Part shown: piece by piece, positions 32,101-44,300 of the stretch | Numbering within the stretch: the stretch's first letter is position 1 | How the letters are laid out: each line of letters begins with the position of its first letter | From: Macrostomum lignano | Taxonomy: Eukaryota | Direction: 5' to 3' | Length of the DNA stretch: 64,000 nt | NCBI GenBank assembly: GCA_002269645.1 | Contig: NIVC01003064.1 | Span: forward strand, 1 to 64,000 | Notes under the pieces: model-generated | The model's database searches: none | Told to the model about the DNA's origin: nothing | The model's input: the letters and a program-made list of their open reading frames with translations, nothing else | Translations under genes and position numbers: made by a program

Positions 32101-35100
32101 AATTACTGCACTCGATAAGCCAAGGATTATTGCTATTAATAAACCAAGGATTACTGCACTCGATAAGCCAAGGATTATTGCTATTAATAAACCAAGGATT
32201 AATGCACTCGATAAACCAAGGATTATTGCTATTAATAAACCAAGGATTACTGCACTCGATAAGCCAAGGATTATTGCTATTAATAAACCAAGGATTATGC
32301 ACTTGGCAAACCAAGGATTACTGCACTCGATAAGCCAAGGATTATTGCTATTAATAAACCAAGGATTACTGCACTCAATAAACCAAGGACTATTGCTATT
32401 AATAAACCAAGGATTACTGCACTCAATAAACCAAGGACTATTGCTCTTGGCAAACCAAGGATTACTGCACTCGATAAGCCAAGGACTATTGCTCTTGGCA
32501 AACCAAGGATTACTGCACTCGATAAGCCATGGATTATTGCTATTAATAAACCAAGGATTACTGCACTCGATAAGCCAAGGATTATTGCTATTAATAAACC
32601 AAGGATTACTGCACTCGATAAACCAAGGATTATGCACTTGGCAAACCAAGGATTACTGCACTCGATAAGCCAAGGATTATTGCTATTAATAAACCAAGGA
32701 TTACTGCACTCGATAAGCCAAGGATTATTGCTATTAATAAACCAAGGATTAATGCACTCGATAAACCAAGGATTATTGCTATTAATAAACCAAGGATTAC
32801 TGCACTCGATAAGCCAAGGATTATTGCTATTAATAAACCAAGGATTATGCACTTGGCAAACCAAGGATTACTGCACTCGATAAGCCAAGGATTATTGCTA
32901 TTAATAAACCAAGGATTACTGCACTCAATAAACCAAGGACTATTGCTATTAATAAACCAAGGATTACTGCACTCAATAAACCAAGGACTATTGCTCTTGG
33001 CAAACCAAGGATTACTGCACTCGATAAGCCAAGGACTATTGCTCTTGGCAAACCAAGGATTACTGCACTCGATAAGCCATGGATTATTGCTATTAATAAA
33101 CCAAGGATTACTGCACTCGATAAGCCAAGGATTATTGCTATTAATAAACCAAGGATTACTGCACTCGATAAACCAAGGATTATGCACTTGGCAAACCAAG
33201 GATTACTGCACTCGATAAGCCAAGGATTATTGCTATTAATAAACCAAGGATTACTGCACTCAATAAACCAAGGACTATTGCTATTAATAAACCAAGGATT
33301 ACTGCACTCAATAAACCAAGGACTATTGCTCTTGGCAAACCAAGGATTACTGCACTCGATAAGCCAAGGACTATTGCTCTTGGCAAACCAAGGATTACTG
33401 CACTCGATAAGCCATGGATTATTGCTATTAATAAACCAAGGATTACTGCACTCGATAAGCCAAGGATTATTGCTATTAATAAACCAAGGATTACTGCACT
33501 CGATAAGGCATGGATTATTGCTATTAATAAACCAAGGATTACTGCACTCGATAAGCCAAGGATTATTGCTATTAATAAACCATGAATTACTGCACTCGAT
33601 AAGCCAAGGATTATTGCTATTAATAAACCAAGGATTACTGCACTCGATAAGCCAAGGATTATTGCTATTAATAAACCAAGGATTACTGCACTCGATAGCC
33701 AAGGATTATTGCTATTAATAAACCAAGGATTAATGCACTCGATAAACCAAGGATTATTGCTATTAATAAACCAAGGATTACTGCACTCGATAAGCCAAGG
33801 ATTATTGCTATTAATAAACCAAGGATTATGCACTTGGCAAACCAAGGACTATTGCTCTTGGCAAACCAAGGATTACTGCACTCGATAAGCCAAGGATTAT
33901 TGCTATTAATAAACCAAGGATTACTGCACTCAATAAACCAAGGACTATTGCTATTAATAAACCAAGGATTACTGCACTCAATAAACCAAGGACTATTGCT
34001 CTTGGCAAACCAAGGATTACTGCACTCGATAAGCCAAGGACTATTGCTCTTGGCAAACCAAGGATTACTGCACTCGATAAGCCATGGATTATTGCTATTA
34101 ATAAACCAAGGATTACTGCACTCGATAAGCCAAGGATTATTGCTATTAATAAACCAAGGATTACTGCACTCGATAAACCAAGGATTATGCACTTGGCAAA
34201 CCAAGGATTACTGCACTCGATAAGCCAAGGATTATTGCTATTAATAAACCAAGGATTACTGCACTCAATAAACCAAGGACTATTGCTATTAATAAACCAA
34301 GGATTACTGCACTCAATAAACCAAGGACTATTGCTCTTGGCAAACCAAGGATTACTGCACTCGATAAGCCAAGGACTATTGCTCTTGGCAAACCAAGGAT
34401 TACTGCACTCGATAAGCCATGGATTATTGCTATTAATAAACCAAGGATTACTGCACTCGATAAGCCAAGGATTATTGCTATTAATAAACCAAGGATTACT
34501 GCACTCGATAAGGCATGGATTATTGCTATTAATAAACCAAGGATTACTGCACTCGATAAGCCAAGGATTATTGCTATTAATAAACCATGAATTACTGCAC
34601 TCGATAAGCCAAGGATTATTGCTATTAATAAACCAAGGATTACTGCACTCGATAAGCCAAGGATTATTGCTATTAATAAACCAAGGATTACTGCACTCGA
34701 TAGCCAAGGATTACTGCGCTTGATAAGCTTGGCTACATGTATAGGATTATTTCTATCCAGGGATGCTTGCTATTTAGGGATTCTTGCTATGTGCAGGATG
34801 CTTGCTATCTGGAAGGATGCTTCTACATTATTTGGGGTATGCTTGCTATCTGCAAGATGCTTGCTATCTGCAAGATGCTTGCTATCTGCAGATGCTTGCT
34901 ATCTGGGTGGATGCTTGCTAGGAGTATTAGGGGATGCTTGCTACTGGGGGGATGCTTGCTGTCTTGGGAATATTTTCTATTTAGGGGTAATGACTAAAAT
35001 TCATGAGAGCTAGCCTAGAGGTAAACAGACTAAACTGCTAAATGCAGGGACGATGGTTCGAATTTTTAGAGAGTAGAGTTTTTTTAATTAAAGCCTTTTA

Positions 35101-37564
35101 ACGCCAAGACAAAAAAAATTATGGAAGCGTCATGTAAACAATCATACAAGCGTCATGTAAACAATCATAGAAGCGTCATGTAAACAATCATAGAAGCGTC
35201 ATGTAAAAATCATAGAAGCGTCATGTAAAAATCATAGAAGCGTAATGTAAACAATCATAGAAGCGTCATGTTAAAATCATAAAAAGCGTCATGTAAAAAA
35301 TCATAGAAGCGTCATGTAAACAATCATACAAGCGTCATGTAAACAATCATAGAAGCGTCATGTAAAAATCATACAAGCGTCATGTAAACAAGCATAGAAG
35401 CGTCATGAAAAAATTATAGAAGCGTAATGTAAACAATCATAGAAGCGTCATGTTAAAATCATACAAGCGTCATGTAAACAATCATACAAGCGTCATGTAA
35501 ACAATCATAGAAGCGTCATGTAAAAAAATCATAGAAGCGTCATGTTAAAATCATAGAAGCGTCATGTAAACAATCATAGAAGCGTCATGTAAACAATCAT
35601 AGAAGCGTCATGTAAAAATCATAGAAGCGTCATGTAAAAATCATAGAAGCGTCATGTAAACAATCATAAAAGCGTCATGTAAACAATCATAGAAGCGTCA
35701 TGTATACAATCATAGAAGCGTCATGTAAACAATCATAGAAGCGTCATGTAAAAATCATAGAAGCGTCATGTAAAAATCATAGAAGCGTCATGTAAAAATC
35801 ATAGAAGCGTCATGTAAAAATCATAGAAGCGTCATGTAAAAAATCATAGAAGCGTCATGTAAAAATCATAAAAGCGTCATGTAAAAAATCATAGAAGCGT
35901 CATGTAAACAATCATACAAGCGTCATGTAAACAATCATAGAAGCGTCATGTAAAAATCATACAAGCGTCATGTAAACAAGCATAGAAGCGTCATGAAAAA
36001 ATTATAGAAGCCTCATATAAAAACTAATGAAAGTGTGTCATTTAAAAAATTAAGAAGCATCATGGAAGAATAAAAGAAGCGTAACGTAAAAATCAAAAGA
36101 AGCGTCATGTCAGACATGAAAGAAATGTCATATAAAAATTAAATGAAGCTATAGTACAGTGCTGTGCTGGGGAGAATTACTGAGACGTCAAGGCTCACAG
36201 AGAATAACTGAGATTACAGGGGGGTTTCTGAGATGTTAAAGCAAAAGTCAGAAGCTACTTCAAAGTACATGTACTTTACTTAAGTTTTTTATTGCATTCT
36301 TTGTTGGCTTGCCACGGTGGGGGAGGGCGCTGATAGAAGAAGAGTCATGTAAAAATAAAAGGAGCACTATGTATACATAAAATAAAAGTCATGTCAAAGT
36401 TAAAAGATTCATTTGGGAATTGCTACGATGTCAAAGCTTGGAGGGAATCGTTATAGTGCTGTGATTCTTAAAGAAGGAATCACTTAAATGCCAAGGCTTA
36501 GGGAAGAAGAATTGCTGTGATTTCAAGGCTTTAGGTTGGGTGAAAGTTAGGTTTACGTCAGGTTTGGGTTGAGGGTTAGATTTTAGCGCGTTTCAAGGTT
36601 AACAGGGGATTTTTTAGATTTCAAGGTTTATGGGGGCCATCGCTGACATGTCAAGGCTTACGGGGGGGGAATAGCTGAGATGCCAAGGCTCACTGGGGTA
36701 TAAATGAGATTTCAAGGCTAAAGCCAGAAGCTACATGTAGTTTATTGAAAACTTTTTATTACATTATTTGATGCCTCCTCAGGGGAGGGATCGCTGATAA
36801 AAAAGCGTAATGTAAAAAATAAAAGAAGCTTCATGTCGAAGTTAAGAGATTCATTTGGGAATCCCTACGATGTCGAGGCTTGCAGGGAATCGCTATAATG
36901 CTGTAGTAGTGCTATAGACTCTTAGAGAGAATTACTGAAATTTCAATGCTTTAGGGTTAGGGTTAGGGTTAGGGTTAGGGTTAGAAAATAGACAGATTTT
37001 TTAAGATTTCAAGGCTTGTGGGAGCATTGCTGAGATGTCAAGGGGGGAGTTGATATGTTAAGGCTTGTGGGGGGGATTGCTGACATGTCAAGGCTTACAA
37101 GGGTACTGGTAGCGTACTGAAGCATACTGGTAGAAGTAGCTCTGAAAGAAGGCAAGTATGGTTGAATTTCAATGTCTGTTATAAAATTCTGCACAAACAT
37201 GTTTTATTGGTACATAAGCCTGGAATTAAAATGAGAATTCGATTCCTAGCCCCCCTCCCTAAGAATTTTTTTTCATTTAAAAGGATTCGTCCCTTGCTTA
37301 TTGGCCACCCGAAGGCCATTTTTTATCAAAAATGATAAAAATAATTTTTATCAAACACGTTGACATATACAGGGCTCTAAACTAAAAACTGTAAAAAGTT
37401 GATAGTTTTGTTTTACCTAAAATGCGTTATTAACGATCTCCAAAAATTCCTATTTTAAGCTTAAGCTTAAGAAAAACACTTAAAGTACTCCTGCTAAAAG
37501 GTATATTATATTAGACGAATATTAATTTTTTCTGCTCCCCGAAGGGGGGCAAAACTTTAGCTAG
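29107..37564 (+). mobile_element. Helitron unit H2 (8458 bp)
   Basis: 5' TCTAATATACTAAAA. 3' GCTCCCCGAAGGGGGGC-N10-CTAG. Confidence 0.8.
29779..34716. repeat. 24-bp dimeric satellite (48-bp period) with higher-order structure, copy A
   Basis: CCAAGGATTACTGCACTCGATAAG alternates with CCAAGGATTATTGCTATTAATAAA. Confidence 0.97.
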
Positions 37565-38261
37565 TCTAATATACTAAAAATGAAATGCTTGGTTGCTTGC
37601 TTGTAATTGATTTTCTCCCGAACGGCTCAACCGATTTTCTTCAAACTTGCACCATTCGATCAGAAATTTTCCCGGGACGGTACATGCATATTGGCTAAGA
37701 AATTGCTCAATGTTAAAGGGATTAAATATTCGAAAAACATGATTTTTTGCAAAGGTCAAGCAGCTCTTTCGACCTGAAATGCATTGTAAGAATGCTAGAG
37801 AAAAAACTGACTGACTGAATTCCGATTGTGATAAAGATTGCATCACAACAAGTTGAAAACAATGCCGAACAAATGCACACAAAACTTGAATGAAATTGCG
37901 TAACCATATTGCCAACTTAAATTGAGACTGATACTGGCTGACTGAGAAATTGATTATGTCATAATTTTTTACTCCAATTGACTTGCTGTAAGAATTGAAT
38001 TATAAGGGCCACAATTCATGTTCTCCAATTGAAAAGAGATAGCCAAGAAAGATGCGAACAGACTGGACTGCTACTGTAGATGATGGAATAGCCGATGTGT
38101 AGGCACTAGGAATTGGTTATAGGCTCGGCTAGGGTTCGATTCTGCACTGCGTCAAATTTCAGCCAGTAGTGATTGAAGATTATTTAAATTTATTTTTTTC
38201 ATTCACTTCGTAAATAAAATATTATCTGACTTTGAATCATTGCAAAAATAGAGCTTGAATC

Positions 38262-39765
38262 AGACTAAACCAGAGTTTAAATCATGGCTAAACCAGAGTC
38301 TGAATCATGGCTAAAACCAGTGTTTGAATCATGGCTAAACCAGAGTCTGAATCATGGCTAAACCAGAGTCTGAATCATGGCTAAAACCAGTGTTTGAATC
38401 ATGGCTAAACCATTGTTTGAATCATGGCTAAACCAGAGTTTAAGTCATGGCTAAACCATCGTTTGAATCATGACTAAACCAAAGTTTGAATCATGGCAAA
38501 ACCAGAGTTTGAATCATGGCTAAACCATTGTTTGAATCATGACTAAACCAGAGTTTGAATCGTGGCTAAACCATCGTTTGAATCATGACTAAACCAAAGT
38601 TTGAATCATGGCAAAACCAGAGTTTGAATCATGGCTAAACCAAAGTTTGAATCATGGCAAAACCAGAGTTTGAATCATGGCTAAACCATCGTTTGAATCA
38701 TGGCTAAAACCAGTGTTTGAATCATGGCTAAACCAGAGTCTGAATCATGGCTAAACCAGAGTCTGAATCATGGCTAAAACCAGTGTTTGAATCATGGCTA
38801 AACCATTGTTTGAATCATGGCTAAACCAGAGTTTAAGTCATGGCTAAACCATCGTTTGAATCATGACTAAACCAAAGTTTGAATCATGGCAAAACCAGAG
38901 TTTGAATCATGGCTAAACCATTGTTTGAATCATGACTAAACCAGAGTTTGAATCGTGGCTAAACCATCGTTTGAATCATGACTAAACCAAAGTTTGAATC
39001 ATGGCAAAACCAGAGTTTGAATCATGGCTAAACCAAAGTTTGAATCATGGCAAAACCAGAGTTTGAATCATGGCTAAACCATCGTTTGAATCATGGCTAA
39101 ACCAGAGTTTAAGTCATGGCTAAACCATCGTTTGAATCATGACTAAACCAGAGTTTGAATCGTGGCTAAACCATCGTTTGAATCATGACTAAACCAAAGT
39201 TTGAATCATGGCAAAACCAGAGTTTGAATCATGGCTAAACCAAAGTTTGAATCATGGCAAAACCAGAGTTTGAATCATGGCTAAACCATCGTTTGAATCA
39301 TGGCTAAACCAGAGTTTGAATCATGGCTAAACCAAAGTTTGAATCATGGCAAAACCAGAGTTTGAATCATGGCTAAACCATCGTTTGAATCATGGCTAAA
39401 CCAGAGTTTGAATCATGGCTAAACCAGAGTTTAAGTCATGGCTAAACCATCGTTTGAATCATGGCTAAACCAGAGTTTGAATCATGGCTAAACCAAAGTT
39501 TGAATCATGGCAAAACCAAAGTTTGAATCATGGCAAAACCAGAGTTTGAATCGTGGCTAAACCAGAGTTTGAATCATGGCTAAACCAAAGTTTGAATCAT
39601 GGCAAAACCAAAGTTTGAATCATGGCAAAACCAGAGTTTGAATCGTGGCTAAACCATCGTTTGAATCATGACTAAACCAGAGTTTGAATCATGGCTAAAC
39701 GAGAGTCTGACTCATGGCTAAACCAGAGTTTGAATCATGGCTAAACCAGAGTTTGAATCATTGCA
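38262..39765. repeat. 23-bp satellite TTTGAATCATGGCTAAACCAGAG (H3)
   Basis: Direct reading. Confidence 0.95.
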
Positions 39766-40038
39766 AAACCAGTTTTGTTAAAAGTGATACTGATTATCAC
39801 TGATATTGATGATATCACTGATATCAGTGATACTGGTAACTCTGATAAGAATTTCACTATGTCAAAAGTACATAGCTGTATCAACCCCACTGGCGAGACA
39901 GTCATAAATAGATTACATTCACAGTTTTTTTCACTGGCTGGCGCAGACCAGTGTACATTGTGAGCCCTCTGCCCCGGAATTTGGACACACGGGCCTGGAG
40001 AGCCCACACCCCAAATCATAGGTTTTTTAGATTTAGAC

Positions 40039-40900
40039 CACAGATACTATAAACACTAGATAGGCCACTCCAGCTAATTTTCACAACACGACAGTTTACT
40101 CTACTTTCTGCTTAGTAGTAGTAAAAACATTTTAGCGTTATTTATATTTTTTTAAAATAAAAAAACAGATGAATGCAATGCAGCAATTGTATTGATTTTT
40201 TGCAAAAAGAAACTTATAATTATACTTTCCACAATTCAAAGCAACATTGTGAATGCTTTAGATTGCATAGAAGGCTATATTATTGCAGTCTACTATTGTA
40301 TATTTAGCAAATACGAGCTATATCATATACTCCATAATCCATATTCGTGAAGCAAAATAGAAAGATTTCTCATCTTAATCAGCTCATCTGTTTGTGAAAC
40401 TCGCAGCGTGCTGTCGAAGAACAGGGTCGCCAGTCGCCCTTGTTCAGAGGCAGCATTCAGAACGGCCCAACAGATGAAAAAAACTGGCGAATGCGCCACT
40501 TCAAGGTCCAGGGATGTATCCGATGGAGCCAATCCTCAGTGGTTTCGTAACAGGCAGCCGATAAGCAGCAGGACTTTTGTGGTGCAGCTGCAATGAGCTG
40601 CTGATGAGATGACATCCTTTGACCAGAGCACCCCTGACTGCGAGCGCCCTGCCGCCCAGTCGACCGCTGGAAGCTGCGCTAGCCACGCCTCCACAGTCCA
40701 TGGATGCACGACTGCGCTGCACTTGCCTTGACCATCGAGAGTTGCCGCTGCAGCCGCTTGATTTGCCTGTCGCTTTCGGGATTGCCGCTGCAGCCGCTTG
40801 ATTTGCCTGTCGCTTTCGGGATTGCCGCTGCAGCCGCTTGATTTGCCTGTCGCTTTCGGGATTGCCGCTGCAGCCGCTTGATTTGCCTGTCGCTTTTGTC
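40039..40900 (-). mobile_element. Truncated copy of the P element (one TIR only)
   Basis: ATTTAGAC|CACAGATACTATAAACAC at 40031-40056. It is cut at the duplication junction. Confidence 0.85.
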
Positions 40901-41375
40901 ACTTTTTATTACATTATTTGATGCCTCCTTAGGGGAGGGATCGCTGATAAAAAAGCGTAATGTAAAAAATAAAAGAAGCTTCATGTCGAAGTTAAGAGAT
41001 TCATTTGGGAATCCCTACGATGTTGAGGCTTGCAGGGAATCGCTATAATGCTGTAGTAGTGCTATAATGACTCTTAGAGAGAATTACTGAAATTTCAATG
41101 CTTTAGGGTTAGGTTAGGGTTAGGGTTAGGGTTAGGGTTAGGCTAGGGTTAGAAGGTTGACAGATATTTTTAGATTTCCAAGGCTTATTGGGGGCATTGC
41201 TGAGATGTCAAGGGGGGAAGTTGATATGTTAAAGCTTGTGGGGGGGGATAACTGACATGTCAAGGCTTACAAGGTTTGACAGAAGATTTTTCAAGATTTC
41301 AAGGATACATGTAGCTTATTAAAAAAACGTGTATTGCATTTCTTTGGCTCCCCAATGGGGGGCGTAGATTGCTAG

Positions 41376-44300
41376 TCTAATATACTAAAAATGAAATGCT
41401 TGGTTGCTTGCTTGTAATTGATTTTCTCCCGAACGGCTCAACCGATTTTCTTCAAACTTGCACCATTCGATCAGAAATTTTCCCGGGACGGTACATGCAT
41501 ATTGGCTAAGAAATTGCTCAATGTTAAAGGGATTAAATATTCGAAAAACATGATTTTTTGCAAAGGTCAAGCAGCTCTTTCGACCTGAAATGCATTGTAA
41601 GAATGCTAGAGAAAAATCTGACTGGTTGAATTCTGATTCTGAAATAGATTGCATCACAATACACTTTATTTATCGTCTGTGTACTGGCTGAATTTGACAC
41701 TCAATTGAATTGCGTCACAGCTTTGAGGGTGAAAGTATAGTGCAGTACTGAATTTATATTACGTAACCATATTGTTAACTTTCATAGACACTGGTACTGA
41801 CTTGCCTAAGAAATTGATTATGTCATAACTGCTTCGCGTGACTTTTTACTCTACCTGACTTGGTGTGAGTGTTGAATTAATTATATAAGTGGTACAAATT
41901 CACTGATAACTTCGATGAGAGCTAGCCTAGAGCTGAGCAGACCAGACTGCTAATGCAGCGACCTGGGTTCGAATCTAAGTAGTTTAAAAGTAGTAGTGTA
42001 AAATTTTTTATTAAAAGCTTTTATTAAAGGACTAAATAAAAACACTTAGATTACTGCACTCGATAAGCTAAGGATTATTGCTCTTGGCAAACCAAGGAAT
42101 ACTGCACTCGATAAGCCAAGGATTATTGCTCTTGGCAAACCAAGGATTACTGCACTCGATAAGCCATGGATTATTGCTATTAATAAACCAAGGATTACTG
42201 CACTCGATAAGCCAAGGATTATTGCTATTAATAAACCATGAATTACTGCACTCGATAAGCCAAGGATTATTGCTATTAATAAACCAAGGATTACTGCACT
42301 CATAAGCCATGGATTATTGCTATTAATAAACCAAGGATTACTGCACTCGATAAGCCAAGGATTATTGCTATTAATAAACCAAGGATTACTGCAGTCGATA
42401 AACCAAGGATTATTGCTATTAATAAACCAAGGATTACTGCACTCGATAAGCCAAGGACTATTGCTATTAATAAACCAAGGATTACTGCACTCAATAAACC
42501 AAGGACTATTGCTCTTGGCAAACCAAGGATTACTGCACTCGATAAGCCAAGGACTATTGCTCTTGGCAAACCAAGGATTACTGCACTCGATAAGCCATGG
42601 ATTATTGCTATTAATAAACCAAGGATTACTGCACTCGATAAGCCAAGGATTATTGCTATTAATAAACTAAGGATTACTGCACTCGATAAACCAAGGATTA
42701 TTGCTATTAATAAACCAAGGATTATGCACTTGGCAAACCAAGGATTACTGCAATCGATAAGCCAAGGATTATTGCTATTAATAAACCAAGCATTACTGCA
42801 CTCAATAAACCAAGGACTATTGCTATTAATAAACCAAGGATTACTGCACTCAAAAACCAAGGACTATTGCTCTTGGCAAACCAAGGATTACTGCACTCGA
42901 TAAGCCAAGGATTATTGCTATTAATAAACCAAGGATTACTGCACTCGATAAGCCAAGGATTATTGCTATTAATAAACCAAGGATTAATGCACTCGATAAA
43001 CCAAGGATTATTGCTATTAATAAACCAAGGATTACTGCACTCGATAAGCCAAGGATTATTGCTATTAATAAACCAAGGATTATGCACTTGGCAAACCAAG
43101 GATTACTGCACTCGATAAGCCAAGGATTATTGCTATTAATAAACCAAGGATTACTGCACTCAATAAACCAAGGACTATTGCTATTAATAAACCAAGGATT
43201 ACTGCACTCAATAAACCAAGGACTATTGCTCTTGGCAAACCAAGGATTACTGCACTCGATAAGCCAAGGACTATTGCTCTTGGCAAACCAAGGATTACTG
43301 CACTCGATAAGCCATGGATTATTGCTATTAATAAACCAAGGATTACTGCACTCGATAAGCCAAGGATTATTGCTATTAATAAACCAAGGATTACTGCACT
43401 CGATAAACCAAGGATTATGCACTTGGCAAACCAAGGATTACTGCACTCGATAAGCCAAGGATTATTGCTATTAATAAACCAAGGATTACTGCACTCGATA
43501 AGCCAAGGATTATTGCTATTAATAAACCAAGGATTAATGCACTCGATAAACCAAGGATTATTGCTATTAATAAACCAAGGATTACTGCACTCGATAAGCC
43601 AAGGATTATTGCTATTAATAAACCAAGGATTATGCACTTGGCAAACCAAGGACTATTGCTCTTGGCAAACCAAGGATTACTGCACTCGATAAGCCAAGGA
43701 TTATTGCTATTAATAAACCAAGGATTACTGCACTCGATAAGCCAAGGATTATTGCTATTAATAAACCAAGGATTAATGCACTCGATAAACCAAGGATTAT
43801 TGCTATTAATAAACCAAGGATTACTGCACTCGATAAGCCAAGGATTATTGCTATTAATAAACCAAGGATTATGCACTTGACAAACCAAGGATTACTGCAC
43901 TCGATAAGCCAAGGATTATTGCTATTAATAAACCAAGGATTACTGCACTCAATAAACCAAGGACTATTGCTATTAATAAACCAAGGATTACTGCACTCAA
44001 TAAACCAAGGACTATTGCTCTTGGCAAACCAAGGATTACTGCACTCGATAAGCCAAGGACTATTGCTCTTGGCAAACCAAGGATTACTGCACTCGATAAG
44101 CCATGGATTATTGCTATTAATAAACCAAGGATTACTGCACTCGATAAGCCAAGGATTATTGCTATTAATAAACCAAGGATTACTGCACTCGATAAACCAA
44201 GGATTATGCACTTGGCAAACTAAGGATTACTGCACTCGATAAGCCAAGGATTATTGCTATTAATAAACCAAGGATTACTGCACTCGATAAGCCAAGGATT

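Larger units (their letters stand above)
37565..41375 (+). mobile_element. Helitron unit H3 (chimeric: H5-type 5' part joined at 40901 to the H1 3' part)
   Basis: 37565-40896 matches 49834-53050, and 40901-41375 matches 28631-29106. Confidence 0.75.
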
